A stretch of DNA of 64,000 nucleotides from Phoronis australis (taxonomy: Eukaryota; Animalia; Phoronida). Positions 1-11,079 of this stretch are shown here, one piece after another. The stretch lies in NCBI GenBank assembly GCA_002633005.1, contig NMRA01000343.1:270240-334239 (forward strand), in the 5' to 3' direction. Both the position numbers and the translations under genes were made by a program. Under the pieces are notes generated by a model. It was given only the letters and a program-made list of their open reading frames with translations, did no database searches and was not told the DNA's origin. How positions within the stretch are numbered: the stretch's first letter is position 1; every line of letters begins with the position of its first letter.

Positions 1-285
1 GTACACGCCAGTCATTACCAGAAGTTCGGTAAAAAATCATTGGAAATATTAAAGGTGGTGGTTGCTTCGTCACATTTTAGCGATGTCAAGTGGTACCTTA
101 AGCATTCTCGTTTCACATGGCCATTTTTATGACGTCCACAGCGTACTTTGCGAGACGCAGGCGCCGACCCACTTCTTCCTCAAAGGGTAGGTTTTATTCG
201 CTCGTAAAATCGGGATAATTTAGTCATCATTGAATTCTTAAGCATGTTGGGAACTTTATATTTCTTACTTTTTTTAATCTGCCAG

Positions 286-738
286 GTTTTCCGCGACGAA
301 AAGGGAAGAGTAAACGTCACATGTGGAGGTATCTTGAGATTCGACCCATCCAATCAGCGATCGAACATCTGGCACGTGTTCGCGAGCAAATGCGGGTCTC
401 GTGAAGGCGTGGAGATGACCTATTCCTTGAATTTTACGTCGGAAAAGGACAAATGCCGCTGGAAAAAAGCGATGGCAGAAGAGAAACAGGCGTGGTACAT
501 GAACAATACCCTGGGCAGAGCGTTCCGGAATGCTACTAAAGAGTATGACGAATTACACGAGCAATACCCTATTGCTGTTGACGGAATGTTGACCATAGCG
601 GTCTTTACTGGATTAAATACGTTGTTCATCCTTGTAGGATTTACAGTCGTTTTTGTAATGCTGATAAAAGTAAAGTCTCAGAAGAAACGAGGGAATGAAT
701 ACGCATCTTACAACCCAGAGCAGAAAGTGCCTTTGTAA
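286..738 (+). CDS. Probable terminal coding exon of a single-pass (type I-like) membrane protein; luminal part resembles the TMEM145/GPR180 N-terminal GOLD-like domain
   Basis: Open frame 244..738. A polypyrimidine tract plus CAG at 283-285 suggests the exon starts at 286, not at the ATG at 244. Four N-glycosylation sequons (NVT, NFT, NNT, NAT), a hydrophobic stretch (MLTIAVFTGLNTLFILVGFTVVFVMLI), then a basic stop-transfer KVKSQKKR and a short tail. AATAAA signals lie downstream (~1178-1283). Upstream exons not resolved. Confidence 0.55.
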   Translation, partial: VFRDEKGRVNVTCGGILRFDPSNQRSNIWHVFASKCGSREGVEMTYSLNFTSEKDKCRWKKAMAEEKQAWYMNNTLGRAFRNATKEYDELHEQYPIAVDGMLTIAVFTGLNTLFILVGFTVVFVMLIKVKSQKKRGNEYASYNPEQKVPL

Positions 739-3615
739 ATGTTCAGAGATTAAGTAAATGGTTAACTAAAAGTAAACAGTAAGAAAAGGTTTTCGATTTG
801 ATCATTCGTAAATATCATGGAAGTAATGACTGTACTCCCCATTTTAGCGTGCGTTCAACTGGAAATTTCATGAGACATTCACCTCATTAGAGTACGTAAC
901 TGCAACAATGCTTTTTCAATAACAGCTTGAAGTTCCTAGAGAAGTCTCGAAACACAAGTATGAGACAACAAACTAAGGAAAGCATTTGTGTTCAACTACG
1001 ATAATGTATTAGTTTCCAAAAACTCGTCATGTGCGTACATGCGTATTTGTTTCCTTATACATCCTTGTGGAGGTATCTGAGGATGTCCTGTGGTAAATTT
1101 CATGTATTATAAAATAATATAAAGATGTCGAAAGCATCAACAGCGGCAGCGACGGCGGAAGCGGCAGATAGTGACACAAATAAAATAATCACCGTAATTA
1201 TAAATTGATAATACTTGTCTTAAAGCTTTTAAAATACTGTGAGTGCACTCGAAAATAAATGTAGTCTATATTTGTACCAATAAAGTCTTGTCTGACTTCC
1301 AGATACGTATATCATGTGTTTTTACTGTGGTATCCATACTAGAGAGGTAAGGTGCAAGTCACGAGTGAGCTACATACATGTATTTCCATTCACGCGCTCG
1401 ACCGTGACTCAATATTTTGATGTCGAGCACAATATTTTTTCAATTGTAAAAACGAAATCCGACTTTTTGTAACAAAATGAGTGTTTTCAACAAAAAATTA
1501 GAAACAACACGTCAACCGCAGTCAGAAATAATCCCGTCCGGTGTTGGCGAGATTCACACAAGCAAAAATTTAAGAAAATTTGGTCGAATCTCAAAATTCC
1601 AACGATATGCGCTACGGCAATTCGTGAGCATACTTTTCGAAAAATGGGCAGAGATTTTCTTTTCAATGTTTGACTGAAAACCTTTTAATACATTCATCTT
1701 ATCACTGAGAAACCATTTGTAGGAGACATTTGACAAACAATTTTTAGTGTTTTGAGAGCACAAAAACGTCAAAGTGCCTCTCTCTACGGCCATGTGTGTA
1801 ATTCTAGTGTGTAACGGGCCGAATTGACAATGACGACGTACAATTTCTTTCGTTTTTGAGAGGCGTTGAACATTTTTTGTGGGAATCGTTTGAATATCGC
1901 ACCGCACAGCAGTGACAATTTGACCGCATGATGTTATCGGAAAAAAATATTAGAAAACACTTGAAAATATCCCATAACGCAGAACGCTGTCCACGAGCAC
2001 TCTATAGCCACTAAATAATTTCATGAGGTTGGTTTACACAACCAAGCAAAACGTTGTACCTTGACAGTTTCGGCTACTCATAGTAGCCATCTTCGGAAGC
2101 TATTGGAAACTAGGTAGCTTGGTGATGGTACTGATCCAAATTTTAGATAACTTATAACCCTCCCCCCCCCNGTAAATGTTCAGAGATTAAGTAAATGGTT
2201 AACTAAAAGTAAACAGTAAGAAAAGGTTTTCGATTTGATCATTCGTAAATATCATGGAAGTAATGACTGTACTCCCCATTTTAGCGTGCGTTCAACTGGA
2301 AATTTCATGAGGCATTCACCTCATTAGAGTACGTAACTGCAAGAATGCTTTTTCAATAACAGCTTGAACTTCCTAGAGAAGTCTCGAAACACAAGTATGA
2401 GACAACAAAACTAAGGAAAGCATTTGTGTTCAACTACGATAATGTATTAGTTTCCAAAAACTCGTCCTGTGCGTACATGCGTATTTGTTTCCTTATACAT
2501 CCTTCTGGAGGTATCTGAGGATGTCCTGTGGTAAATTTCATGTATTATAAAATAATGTAAAGATGTCGAAAGCAGCAACAGCGGCAGCGGCGGCGGAAGC
2601 GGCAGATAGTGGCACAAATAAAATAATCACCGTAATTATAAATTGATAATACTTGTCCTAAAGCTTTTAAAATATTGTGAGTGCACTCGAAAAAAATGTA
2701 GTCTATATTTGTACCAATAAAGTCTTGTCTGACTTCCAGATACGTATATCATGTGTTTTTACTGTGGTATCCATACTAGAGAGGTAAGGTGCAAGTCACG
2801 AGTGAGCTACATATTTCCATTCACGCGCTCGACCGTGACTCAATTTTTTGATGTCGAGCACAATATTTTTTCAGTTGTAAAAGCGAAATCCGACTTTTTG
2901 TAACAAAATTAGTGTTTTCAACAAAAAAGTAGAAACAACACGTCAACCGTAGTCAGAAATAATCCCGTCCGGTGTTGGCGAGATTCACACAAGCAAAAAT
3001 TTCAGAAAATTTGGTCAAATCTCAAAATTCCAACGATATGCGCTACGGCAATTCGTGAGCATACTTTTTGAAAAATGGGCGGAGATTTTCTTTTCAATGT
3101 TTGACTGAAAACCTTTTAATACATTCATCTGAGAAACCATTTGTAGGAGACATTTTACAAACAATTTTTTAGTGTTTTGAGAGCACAAAAACGTCAAAGT
3201 GCCTCTCTCTACGGCCATGTGTGTAATTCTAGTGTGTAACGGGCCGAATTGACAATGACGAAGTACAATTTCTTTCGTTTTTGAGAGGCGTTGAACATTT
3301 TTGTGGGAATCGTTTGAATATCGCACCGCACAGCAGTGACAATTTGATCGCATGATGTTATCTGAAAAAAATATTAGAAAACACTTGGAAATATCCCACA
3401 ACGCAGAACGCTGTCCACGAGCACTCTATAGCCACTAAATAATTTCATGAGGTTGGTAGAGTACACATAGATTAATTCTTATTTACACAACCAAGCAAAA
3501 CGTTGTACCTTGACAGTTTCGGCTACTCATAGTAGCCATCTTCGGAAGCTATTGGAAACTAGGTAGCTTGGTGATGGGACTGATCCAAATTTTAGATAAC
3601 TTATAACCCCCCCCC
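735..3615. repeat. Near-identical ~1.44-kb tandem duplication (735..2170 and 2172..~3615) split by a single N; likely uncollapsed haplotypes
   Basis: GTAAATGTTCAGAGATTAAG starts at both 735 and 2172. The copies are colinear with scattered SNPs and small indels and join exactly at the N at 2171. Confidence 0.9.
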
Positions 3616-3685
3616 ATCGTCCCTGTTCATAAATGAGCCACTTTTTCTGATCCAAATGGACTCTCCCTCTCAAGATCCAGACGGA
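3481..3685 (-). mobile_element. Penelope-like retroelement 3' end remnant (end of GIY-YIG endonuclease plus 3' region); partial copy at ~2034..2170
   Basis: Minus strand 3590-3680 reads RWIL..ESIWIRKSGSFMNRDDGG.YKLSKIW (with frameshifts). This matches the Penelope endonuclease C-terminal pattern R.IKEAI.IR...MNRD.G.Y.L...W and is followed by a hammerhead-like motif. Confidence 0.7.
3506..3551 (-). ncRNA. Degenerate minimal type I hammerhead ribozyme motif (Penelope-associated); identical copy at 2057..2102
   Basis: Minus strand: tagctt-CCGAAGA-t-GGCTACT-atg-AGTAGCC-GAAAC-t-GTC-aaggta. It has a perfect 7-bp stem II, a GAAA core and a GUC cleavage triplet, and stem I pairs at 5 of 6 positions. 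The core reads CCGA rather than CUGA. Confidence 0.6.
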
Positions 3686-6600
3686 TAATCTATGTGCACT
3701 CTATCGCCATCTAACGACAAGGCGTATTTGATCCTGTCTCCGTATATAGGAAAATATTATGTTCAGATTAGCTGAGCAAAACCCAATAGTTTATGTCCCT
3801 TGTATGCTGCACGTTTGAAGAACTAACAATGGATAATTATCGCCAGGTTATGCGCAAATCTTGTTCTGTGCGCAGTATGCGGTACGTGAAATCAAGAAGA
3901 GACCAAAATTCAGGAAAATATTGTCTAGTGGCAAAATGCCGACGGTATGCACAACGGAGCTTCACAAGCACAATTTTATAAAGTAGGGGGAGTTGCATGA
4001 AGGGCAAAGATTTTTAATATTTTATTCAATTAGAAGTGACTTTGAAGTAACCCGGTATGTAAATTTTATTTTTCTGTGTCTGCAATCAAAAAGAAATGTG
4101 ATGACCCACACATTTTGCAAGTTTGTTTTAGACAAAGACAAAAATATAAAGCATCAAACTATAAAAAAATCTCAGTGTCCACGATTTAACCAAGCGCATG
4201 AACACAAAAAGTTTACGGGGTCAAAGCAAAAGCAAATGGTGTTTTGGATCTTTAATGCTATAACCCAAGGAGCAATTACCCATAAACAATGTTTGCCCAC
4301 CCAGAAAGCGTCGAAAAGCGTTTTAATTGATGATGTAGTCACACAGCGAATTCTGCTCGTCGGGAACAAAATCTAAAACTTGAACTAATCGACTCATACT
4401 AACACACAAACACCTCACAATCTCATCCTAATAAAACACAGTGTCACATACTGTTCAAACGAGCAACAGGTTAAGGTGAAAACAAATGAGAGAAGGCCAT
4501 AGCCGGAGTCATTTTCGCTGATGACGTAAACCAGTTCCCGGAAAACTGTCTTTACTTGTAGGGGATTGGTTTGTTGTTTGCTCACGGTCAACATGATTTC
4601 GCAAGAGGCGGTAGAGTTCAAGCGAGGTCCCAGCGTTACTGAACTCTACAGGAAACCATGACAGCTAGAGTGTGAACCTACAATCAGGCGGTCTGTCAGC
4701 AATGAGACATACGGGAAGGCAAAGACACGGAGAAACGCACAGAGGCGTATTTACAATTAATCGAGTTCTATTGGAATCAAGATCGCCCGGCGGTTTATAA
4801 AATACATGAAATGCTGAACGAAGGCCTGGTGTCCATTATACTTCCGTGTATTGCAATTCACACAGGTGAGTGATGAAGATTTTGAAATAGAGGGCGTACT
4901 TATACGCTTAACGCACCGACACCATCATGCCGGGAATATTTTAAAACCGTTTCCTACTTTCACGGGAAACATGTAACGCCGGGAATTTTTAGTTTGGACT
5001 AAAGACTAGAAAGTGCAGCAATCAGGATAGTACCGGATTTAATAATCTTTTTGGGAATTTCACATGTTTAACAATACCACCCGCCTTCTAAGTGATCTAT
5101 TATACCACAAGCATTGAATTTGTGACCTACTTTTTATTATGACTGATGATGAAAATGTTAATATATGACGTTCGCAAGGCTATTAATAAATTTCGTGCAC
5201 TGATGAATCATCAGTTTGTTAATTTTATAGAAAAACTTTCGGACGACGCTATACGAGTCGAATAAATGTGTGATTCCCGAACTAGTTTGAGTGGGAAAGT
5301 CGCAGTCCCTATTTGCTGATAAGGACAATTCATTCTTGAAAATCTCAGCTGAGTCTAACGAACATGGCATCTCAAATCTAGTAACCAACATTTTTACTTG
5401 TTATCAGTCCGGCTAACCAGGTACTAAACAACGTCGTCACAGTCATAAAACCGTGTACCAGGTAACCGGCAAGGTCTGGGTTGTCCAGTAAAAGTAATAA
5501 TAATTTCCATAAGGATCAAGTTATATGTAAGGCTGGCTAACAAATGTCTGAAATCACCGGCCAAGCTATTTCGACACTACGCAAAATCTGCATTTTATTT
5601 ACAGAATACAAAGTTGCTCTTCCTGGAACTCTTCTCTTGTAAGAGATGATGGAATCAACTGAAACTCGAATTTTGTTTGAAAATGTATGTTATTTAACGT
5701 TATGTGACACTTGACGGAGCCGGATGAGCGCTTATATTTCCTGTTTTCCGTTATCATCCTTCAACATAAATAAACTCCAGCTGGTAACATGCTACCACTG
5801 TAATGAACCAATATTCAATGAACACGAATTAATTCGGAAAATTTGTTAGGGAAGACCTCACGTCCCTCGTGGGATACCCTCTCTCGGCTACCCGTCAAAC
5901 ATTTTGGTTTGTCAAAGTGAGTGGCAATTGGGAGGAATTAGAAATTATGGACGCCCGGGTCGTCTGGATCTGATGCATTATTTGCAGCCGCTACTAGCAG
6001 GGAATATGACCCATAGAATGTCACCCGTGTCGAATACACACCACTGGTACGAATGTAATTGGTTGTGGAAATCAGAAGTGAACAATAGTTCGTCTCCTGC
6101 CACTCCAACATGGCCCAGGGCCGCATCCGTGTCATCCATGCCGCACCAGAGACACTTCTATCGGTATTACACTAACCCGCTCACTCTCGCACAGTTCACA
6201 ACACACTTATAATAAATTTCATAGAAAATCCTAACGAATTGCGGGTATCATGGCCCCCAGTTAGAAGTAAGTGGAGAAAAGCTCACAGTCGCTTTGAAAT
6301 TACGATCCGCGAGGCTGTTGCAGTATTGAGGGTTGTCATGCCAACGTTTTTAATCAGCCAATACTATGATTGATAATCTTGCTTATCGGTAGCATGTTGC
6401 ATGTTGTCGATATGACGATGACAACTGATAAGCATCCACGATAGACGAATTCCCGGACATCCTTCAGCCTGGTGTTGTACACCAACTTTTATAAAGTTGG
6501 CCAGCTCCAATGCTTGTTTATATTTGCTTACCTTCGTATAGAATGTTTGTAAAATACAAGAGGGAATCCCAGACCCATGCTTTTGCTTTTTTAAACTGGG

Positions 6601-7989
6601 AATTAAATCAAGGAAATGCAAAAGTTATAGAAACGTAACATGCCTTTTGTAGAANTTAAATGGATATTCGTCAAATTATGTAACAACAACCAGGACTGAT
6701 TCTGTTCAAGTAAGAAGACGACTGCCCTCGCTTGCGAGCAGGGGTGCGCTGACATTTTGCAAAGCTCAGGAAATCATGTGATGGCGCCACGCAGATTCAG
6801 TTCCACACAATGACCTTGCTCATGAATGTGGCTCTGCCTTGCACCGCCAACGTTACCAGCAGTATTACTGTTTTCGAGGAAAGATCGTCGGCTTCAAATT
6901 TCCCGTCTTCTGATGAGGGTGACCATTAGTTCACAAAATGATGACAAATAAAACGTTGTGATCCTCGAGATATGGCATGAGTGAAATTCATTCCTGCTGG
7001 GTGCTGAAATGAATTCCCTACTTGAGTGCAATTGTGCAGTTTTAATTGACGACGTGTTTAAAAAAACACCTGGAATAGAAAAGGAAATATGTTCTTATAA
7101 TGGGTTCTATTTTCCTTAATTATTCGTGTTATTCTTTCCCCCATTGTTGCTGGATTTTAATTGTTTCAGATTTTTCATCATCGTTATGATCAAATGCCAC
7201 AACGATAAACGTTTTCACTAATCAGTACGATAGACGCTGATAATATATTTGTTAGTCAGAAATTTCTTATATAAATATATGGCAATGTTAGAATTGTTTA
7301 TTTTGTCTTTCATTTGTCTGCCGGTCTTGACAATCTAAGGCTTATGTATTTATTGTTAATGGGATTTTTTCACGGGAAAATGCATGGGTTATAAACTTCT
7401 CTAAATGCACCGAAACCATCCACAAGAAATGCACCAGCAGTAACAAGTGTTTAATTCTAAAGAAAATTTCTGGAATTTTTGTAGGTTTCCGTATACCAGA
7501 CTTATTTGATGACCGAATTATCATTTTTGGCTTCAAATTAATCCACGGTTTAGTCTTCTCTGTGTTTGAATGTATCCGAAACATTCAAATTCCCAAAAAT
7601 TTCGGTTTAGTTTATAGCATACTATAAACAAAAGTATCGGTTTCATAATTGCTGGAAACATGCAGTAGGCCTACCAAGCCGTTTCCTGTATATCATCATT
7701 GACCAACTGAAACTTCGAACCGCTTCAAACCGTGTTCAGGACCCGGGGAACCTTTGTTTTCGAAAGCAAGTCCAAAATTATGTTTGCCATTACTCTGGGC
7801 CAGAATACATTATGATTTTTCATGGGTAGCTGTTTAATCCTAGTTTTTACTTGATGTTCCTAGCGTTGAAGTTCGAACACGAGTTTTTACTCGATTTTGT
7901 ACCTTCGAACTATGGGTCGTAAAAAGAAATTACTCGGACTAAACACTCATTTGCGTAAATCACATTTAATATACTCGAAGATATAGAAA

Positions 7990-9900
7990 TAGACCCTTGC
8001 CTTGAGTTTGTATAACCCTTTGTAATCCAGTTCTGCATTGATTCTGTTCGTGAGGATGCGTTCGAACGTTTTGCCATTGCATGATGGCAGACTCACCCAT
8101 AGGTAGTCGGCCGTATTATAGTGGTCTTTGTTTGGTTTAGGTGTCATGACACCCAGTGCGCTTCTCGGCTGGTCTCTCATGGAGAGATAGCGGACATTTT
8201 GTCAAAATGTAGTAGGAGATGGAATCGCTTCCTGGCCGGGCTGCTGTTTTTCTTACACTTAGAGAGTGTTTGAAAGATCTCAGTTAGCGTTATTGCAGCA
8301 TTTCGTGATCATTTCCGCGTTTTTGCGTATCATGTTCAGGGTTTTGAACAGGTTTGCTTTTCGGACCCACTGCGTAGTCTAGTACGAGGCGCTTTGGTCA
8401 TTTTGCAGAAGCTCGATCCTTCGTGCATTGTGTGAGTTTTCTCCAGAGTTTTGGCAAATACAATGGCATTGTCGGGGTCGGAGGAGGCAGTTTTGTCATA
8501 AATCAGTGGTTTTGCACTCGGGTAGTTGCGAGTGCCCGTGCCTGTACATTCTCTTAAAGGTCTGCCAAAAGCCTTTGCCCCTTTCCACATTCAGACAGAG
8601 ACTCACAGAACTTCATGCAGTGGCGAATCGAGGATAACAGAAGGGGGGGCAACGTGTTGCCTCGGGGTACTGGACAAAGCGCGATTGTATGCACAAGAGG
8701 CCCGAAATTTGCGGGGGCCAAGGATGTGCACTTCCTGGTCGCAAAGTCTATCGGTGGAATAAAAAAGGGAAACAGGAACATGGTTGTCTGCGATCTGAGC
8801 CCGCCCTCATCCGATACCACTCCTACTTCTTACTCCCCTCAACATTTCCTCACGCTTCGCGTTCTTGCTTTTTCATTTTCCTTGTGGGCCCCTCTTCCCC
8901 CCTAAATCCGCCTATGTCATGTAGGATTGCCTTTTTCCCAGCCTTTGACAGCGTTTTTGACGTGCCTCTTCAGCACATTATAGTAGATGTTGCTGTAGAT
9001 CGGGTTGTCAGGGTAGACCCGAGTCTTTCGCCTGATTTTGCGTTTCAGTCGGATCAGCACCAGCGCGTTTTCTGAGCACCGCCATGTGAATGGGCGTAGG
9101 CCTACTCTTCACAATGGCAGGTACGTAGCACTGCTTACAGCATAAGTGGCATGATCAATATCGGTTGGGGTACGGAGTGGGCTCTCCGTAGATTCGAGGT
9201 TAATCTCCACATCCCGCTAGTGTTTCCAATTTATTTTCTTGAATGGCCGTTTGTAGACTTGTGGGTGGCAGTCAAGCCGGTCTCTGGCGTGGTCTAGTCT
9301 GAGGTGTACCGGTAGGTGGTCACTCATGAGGTCGCCCCTACGCTCGCATTTACTGTGCTGAGTAAAGATCGAGTGATGAATATGAAGTCCAATGCTTTGC
9401 GGTAGCCTACTGGTTCTGGCGGCGCGTGCCAGTCCATTGCTGGTAAGTGGCTTCACCCGACCAATGTCGTTTACTAGATGGTCTGAGTCTTTCACAGCGG
9501 CGTCGAAAAGTATCTCGCCGGGTATGTCAGTTTTTTCGTTTCCGAAGAACTTTGATGCTTAGAGTTGAAATCTTGCATAAATATGCATTGACTATAAATT
9601 TTTTCGTGCTACTAGATCCACTGTGGTCCGTCTTCTGGCAGAGATCCTATAGAACCGTGAAGGAATTGAACACATATCCATAGACTGATATCAGAAAGCC
9701 AAGCGGCATTAGGCAAGCACTGATGCACGGAAGCCATTAGACGTGTAGAAAGGTTTTGACTCTGTATAGCATGACGGCATGAGATTCAAATTCTCCAGTT
9801 CACGTCTACCATACATAATGGTTATACTCATGTCATCTTTCCTGAGAGACAGATGCATCTCGATCAGGCAAGGACAATCTATTTCGCAACCTGAAAAGTA
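7990..9900 (-). mobile_element. Degenerate non-LTR retrotransposon (Jockey/I-group-like) ORF2: APE endonuclease to RT N-terminus, inverted 5' segment
   Basis: Minus-strand motifs in order: IDCPCLIEMHL (~9850, ETHL-like), IFMQDFNSKH (~9570, GDFN-like), LMSDHLPV (~9320), linker AIVFAKTLE (~8450), PKPNKD...VSLPSCNGKTFERIL (~8050-8140, RT N-terminus). Many stops and frameshifts. Confidence 0.85.
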
Positions 9901-9904
9901 AAGG

Positions 9905-10760
9905 CCCGCGGCACCCCCGGCAGAGGTCCGTCTCCGTCAGTCCGTTGCTATTCCTGATTCAATGTCAACAACCTCTCAGTTCACCCAAGAGACAAAGTCC
10001 AGGTATCCCAGTTCACCGATCGGGTTCTGAACAAGTGACAAAGGCAATAGACAGTTGTCTAAGTACGTCTCCAGCGGGCACTATCAAACTGGAGGACTGG
10101 TGCTCCAGTGGCGCATCAAACTCAATGCCGCAATTTAGTCACAGGTCATCCTGTTCCACCGCAAACACAAACTGCGACCATTTAGTCCTTAATTATTTGG
10201 TGTCAGACTCGCACCAAAACTGAGCAGTTAGAAGCCACTCTGCTAGGGGTAATCTTACTCTGAAAGATCACATTACGATCGATCCCGGGCGTCGCACGCC
10301 TGTGCACTAGCTGTAGCCCTCACGACAACTAGAGTCAAGCTTATCGCGATTCGGCGGGCACAGGTGTGGGGCGCAATAGGAGCGATTGCCTACTGTTAAT
10401 CTACAAAATGTTTATCAGGCCCCTATTCGAATATCTTAATTTATGCTATCGGATATTTTAACCGGCTGTATCCAAGATCGAAAAAACCCTGAGACTACGA
10501 AAACTGGGCCCGGCGGCTGAGAATCGCCGCTCTCGGGCAGCCCAGCAGTAGTACTGCCGAACCGACGTACTACACGAACTCGCCGGAATGCAGACTGTCT
10601 CCGACAGACTGCAATCACTTCGGCGCCGAAGACGCACGTTACAGTGAATCCGACTCTTCAGAGAGACACTCAAGTGAAGCTCAGTGAGACGGGGCACACT
10701 CACTTCTGACACATAAGGGTTCTGGCCCTGGTCAACTGGTGATAAACTGTCCCGACAACG
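9905..10760 (+). mobile_element. Degenerate non-LTR retrotransposon ORF2 3' part (RT motifs B/C, thumb, C-terminus)
   Basis: Plus-strand motifs in order: SVSPLLFLI.NVNNL (~9930-9975, GS.LSPLLF..YVND-like), VQVSQFTD (~10000-10020, FADD-like), LEDWCS.WRIKLNA (~10090-10130), IYKMFIRPLFEY (~10399-10434), LHELAGMQTVSDRLQSL (~10570-10620). The right boundary is approximate. Confidence 0.8.
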
Positions 10761-11079
10761 GGGCAATATAAAGACAATCAAGGACAAGCATGACTTGTTG
10801 CCATTTAGCCGGCTTCATGTGAGTCAAACTGTCTCGACGGGGCTAGCACAAGCAGTGTTGCCTTCAAGGCTTCAAGGCGGCATCAGTGAAGGCCATCGAA
10901 GCCAGCTCAGTAGCCAACGATCGCTGTTATCCTCCAGCCAGCGTCTCGTCTATCAAAAAAGAAGAATACTGTCGCCTTCTTCACCAAACACAGCGAGGAC
11001 AGAAGGCGAGATCATCCGATCTTGCGAAGCTGTCCTGGGGCATCGTCCTCATCTCAGTACTCTCGGTAGAGACAGAGCG

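Noticed and set aside
244-285. ATG at 244 with an apparent signal peptide (MLGTLYFLLFLICQ)
   Set aside because: The hydrophobicity comes from a T-rich tract ending in CAG, which looks like an intron 3' end. It is probably not a true N-terminus, although I could not find an in-frame upstream exon in 1-243.
1554-3401. Paralogous-looking ORFs 1554..1907 and 3015..3401
   Set aside because: Both lie in the duplicated segment and differ by frameshifting indels, with no recognisable protein features.
4590-4870. GC-richer, exon-like stretch ending in CAG|GTGAGT
   Set aside because: All frames are interrupted by stops and I recognise no motif; unsupported.
8428-9075. Cluster of plus-strand ORFs
   Set aside because: They are antisense shadows of the degenerate LINE and an embedded low-complexity tract.
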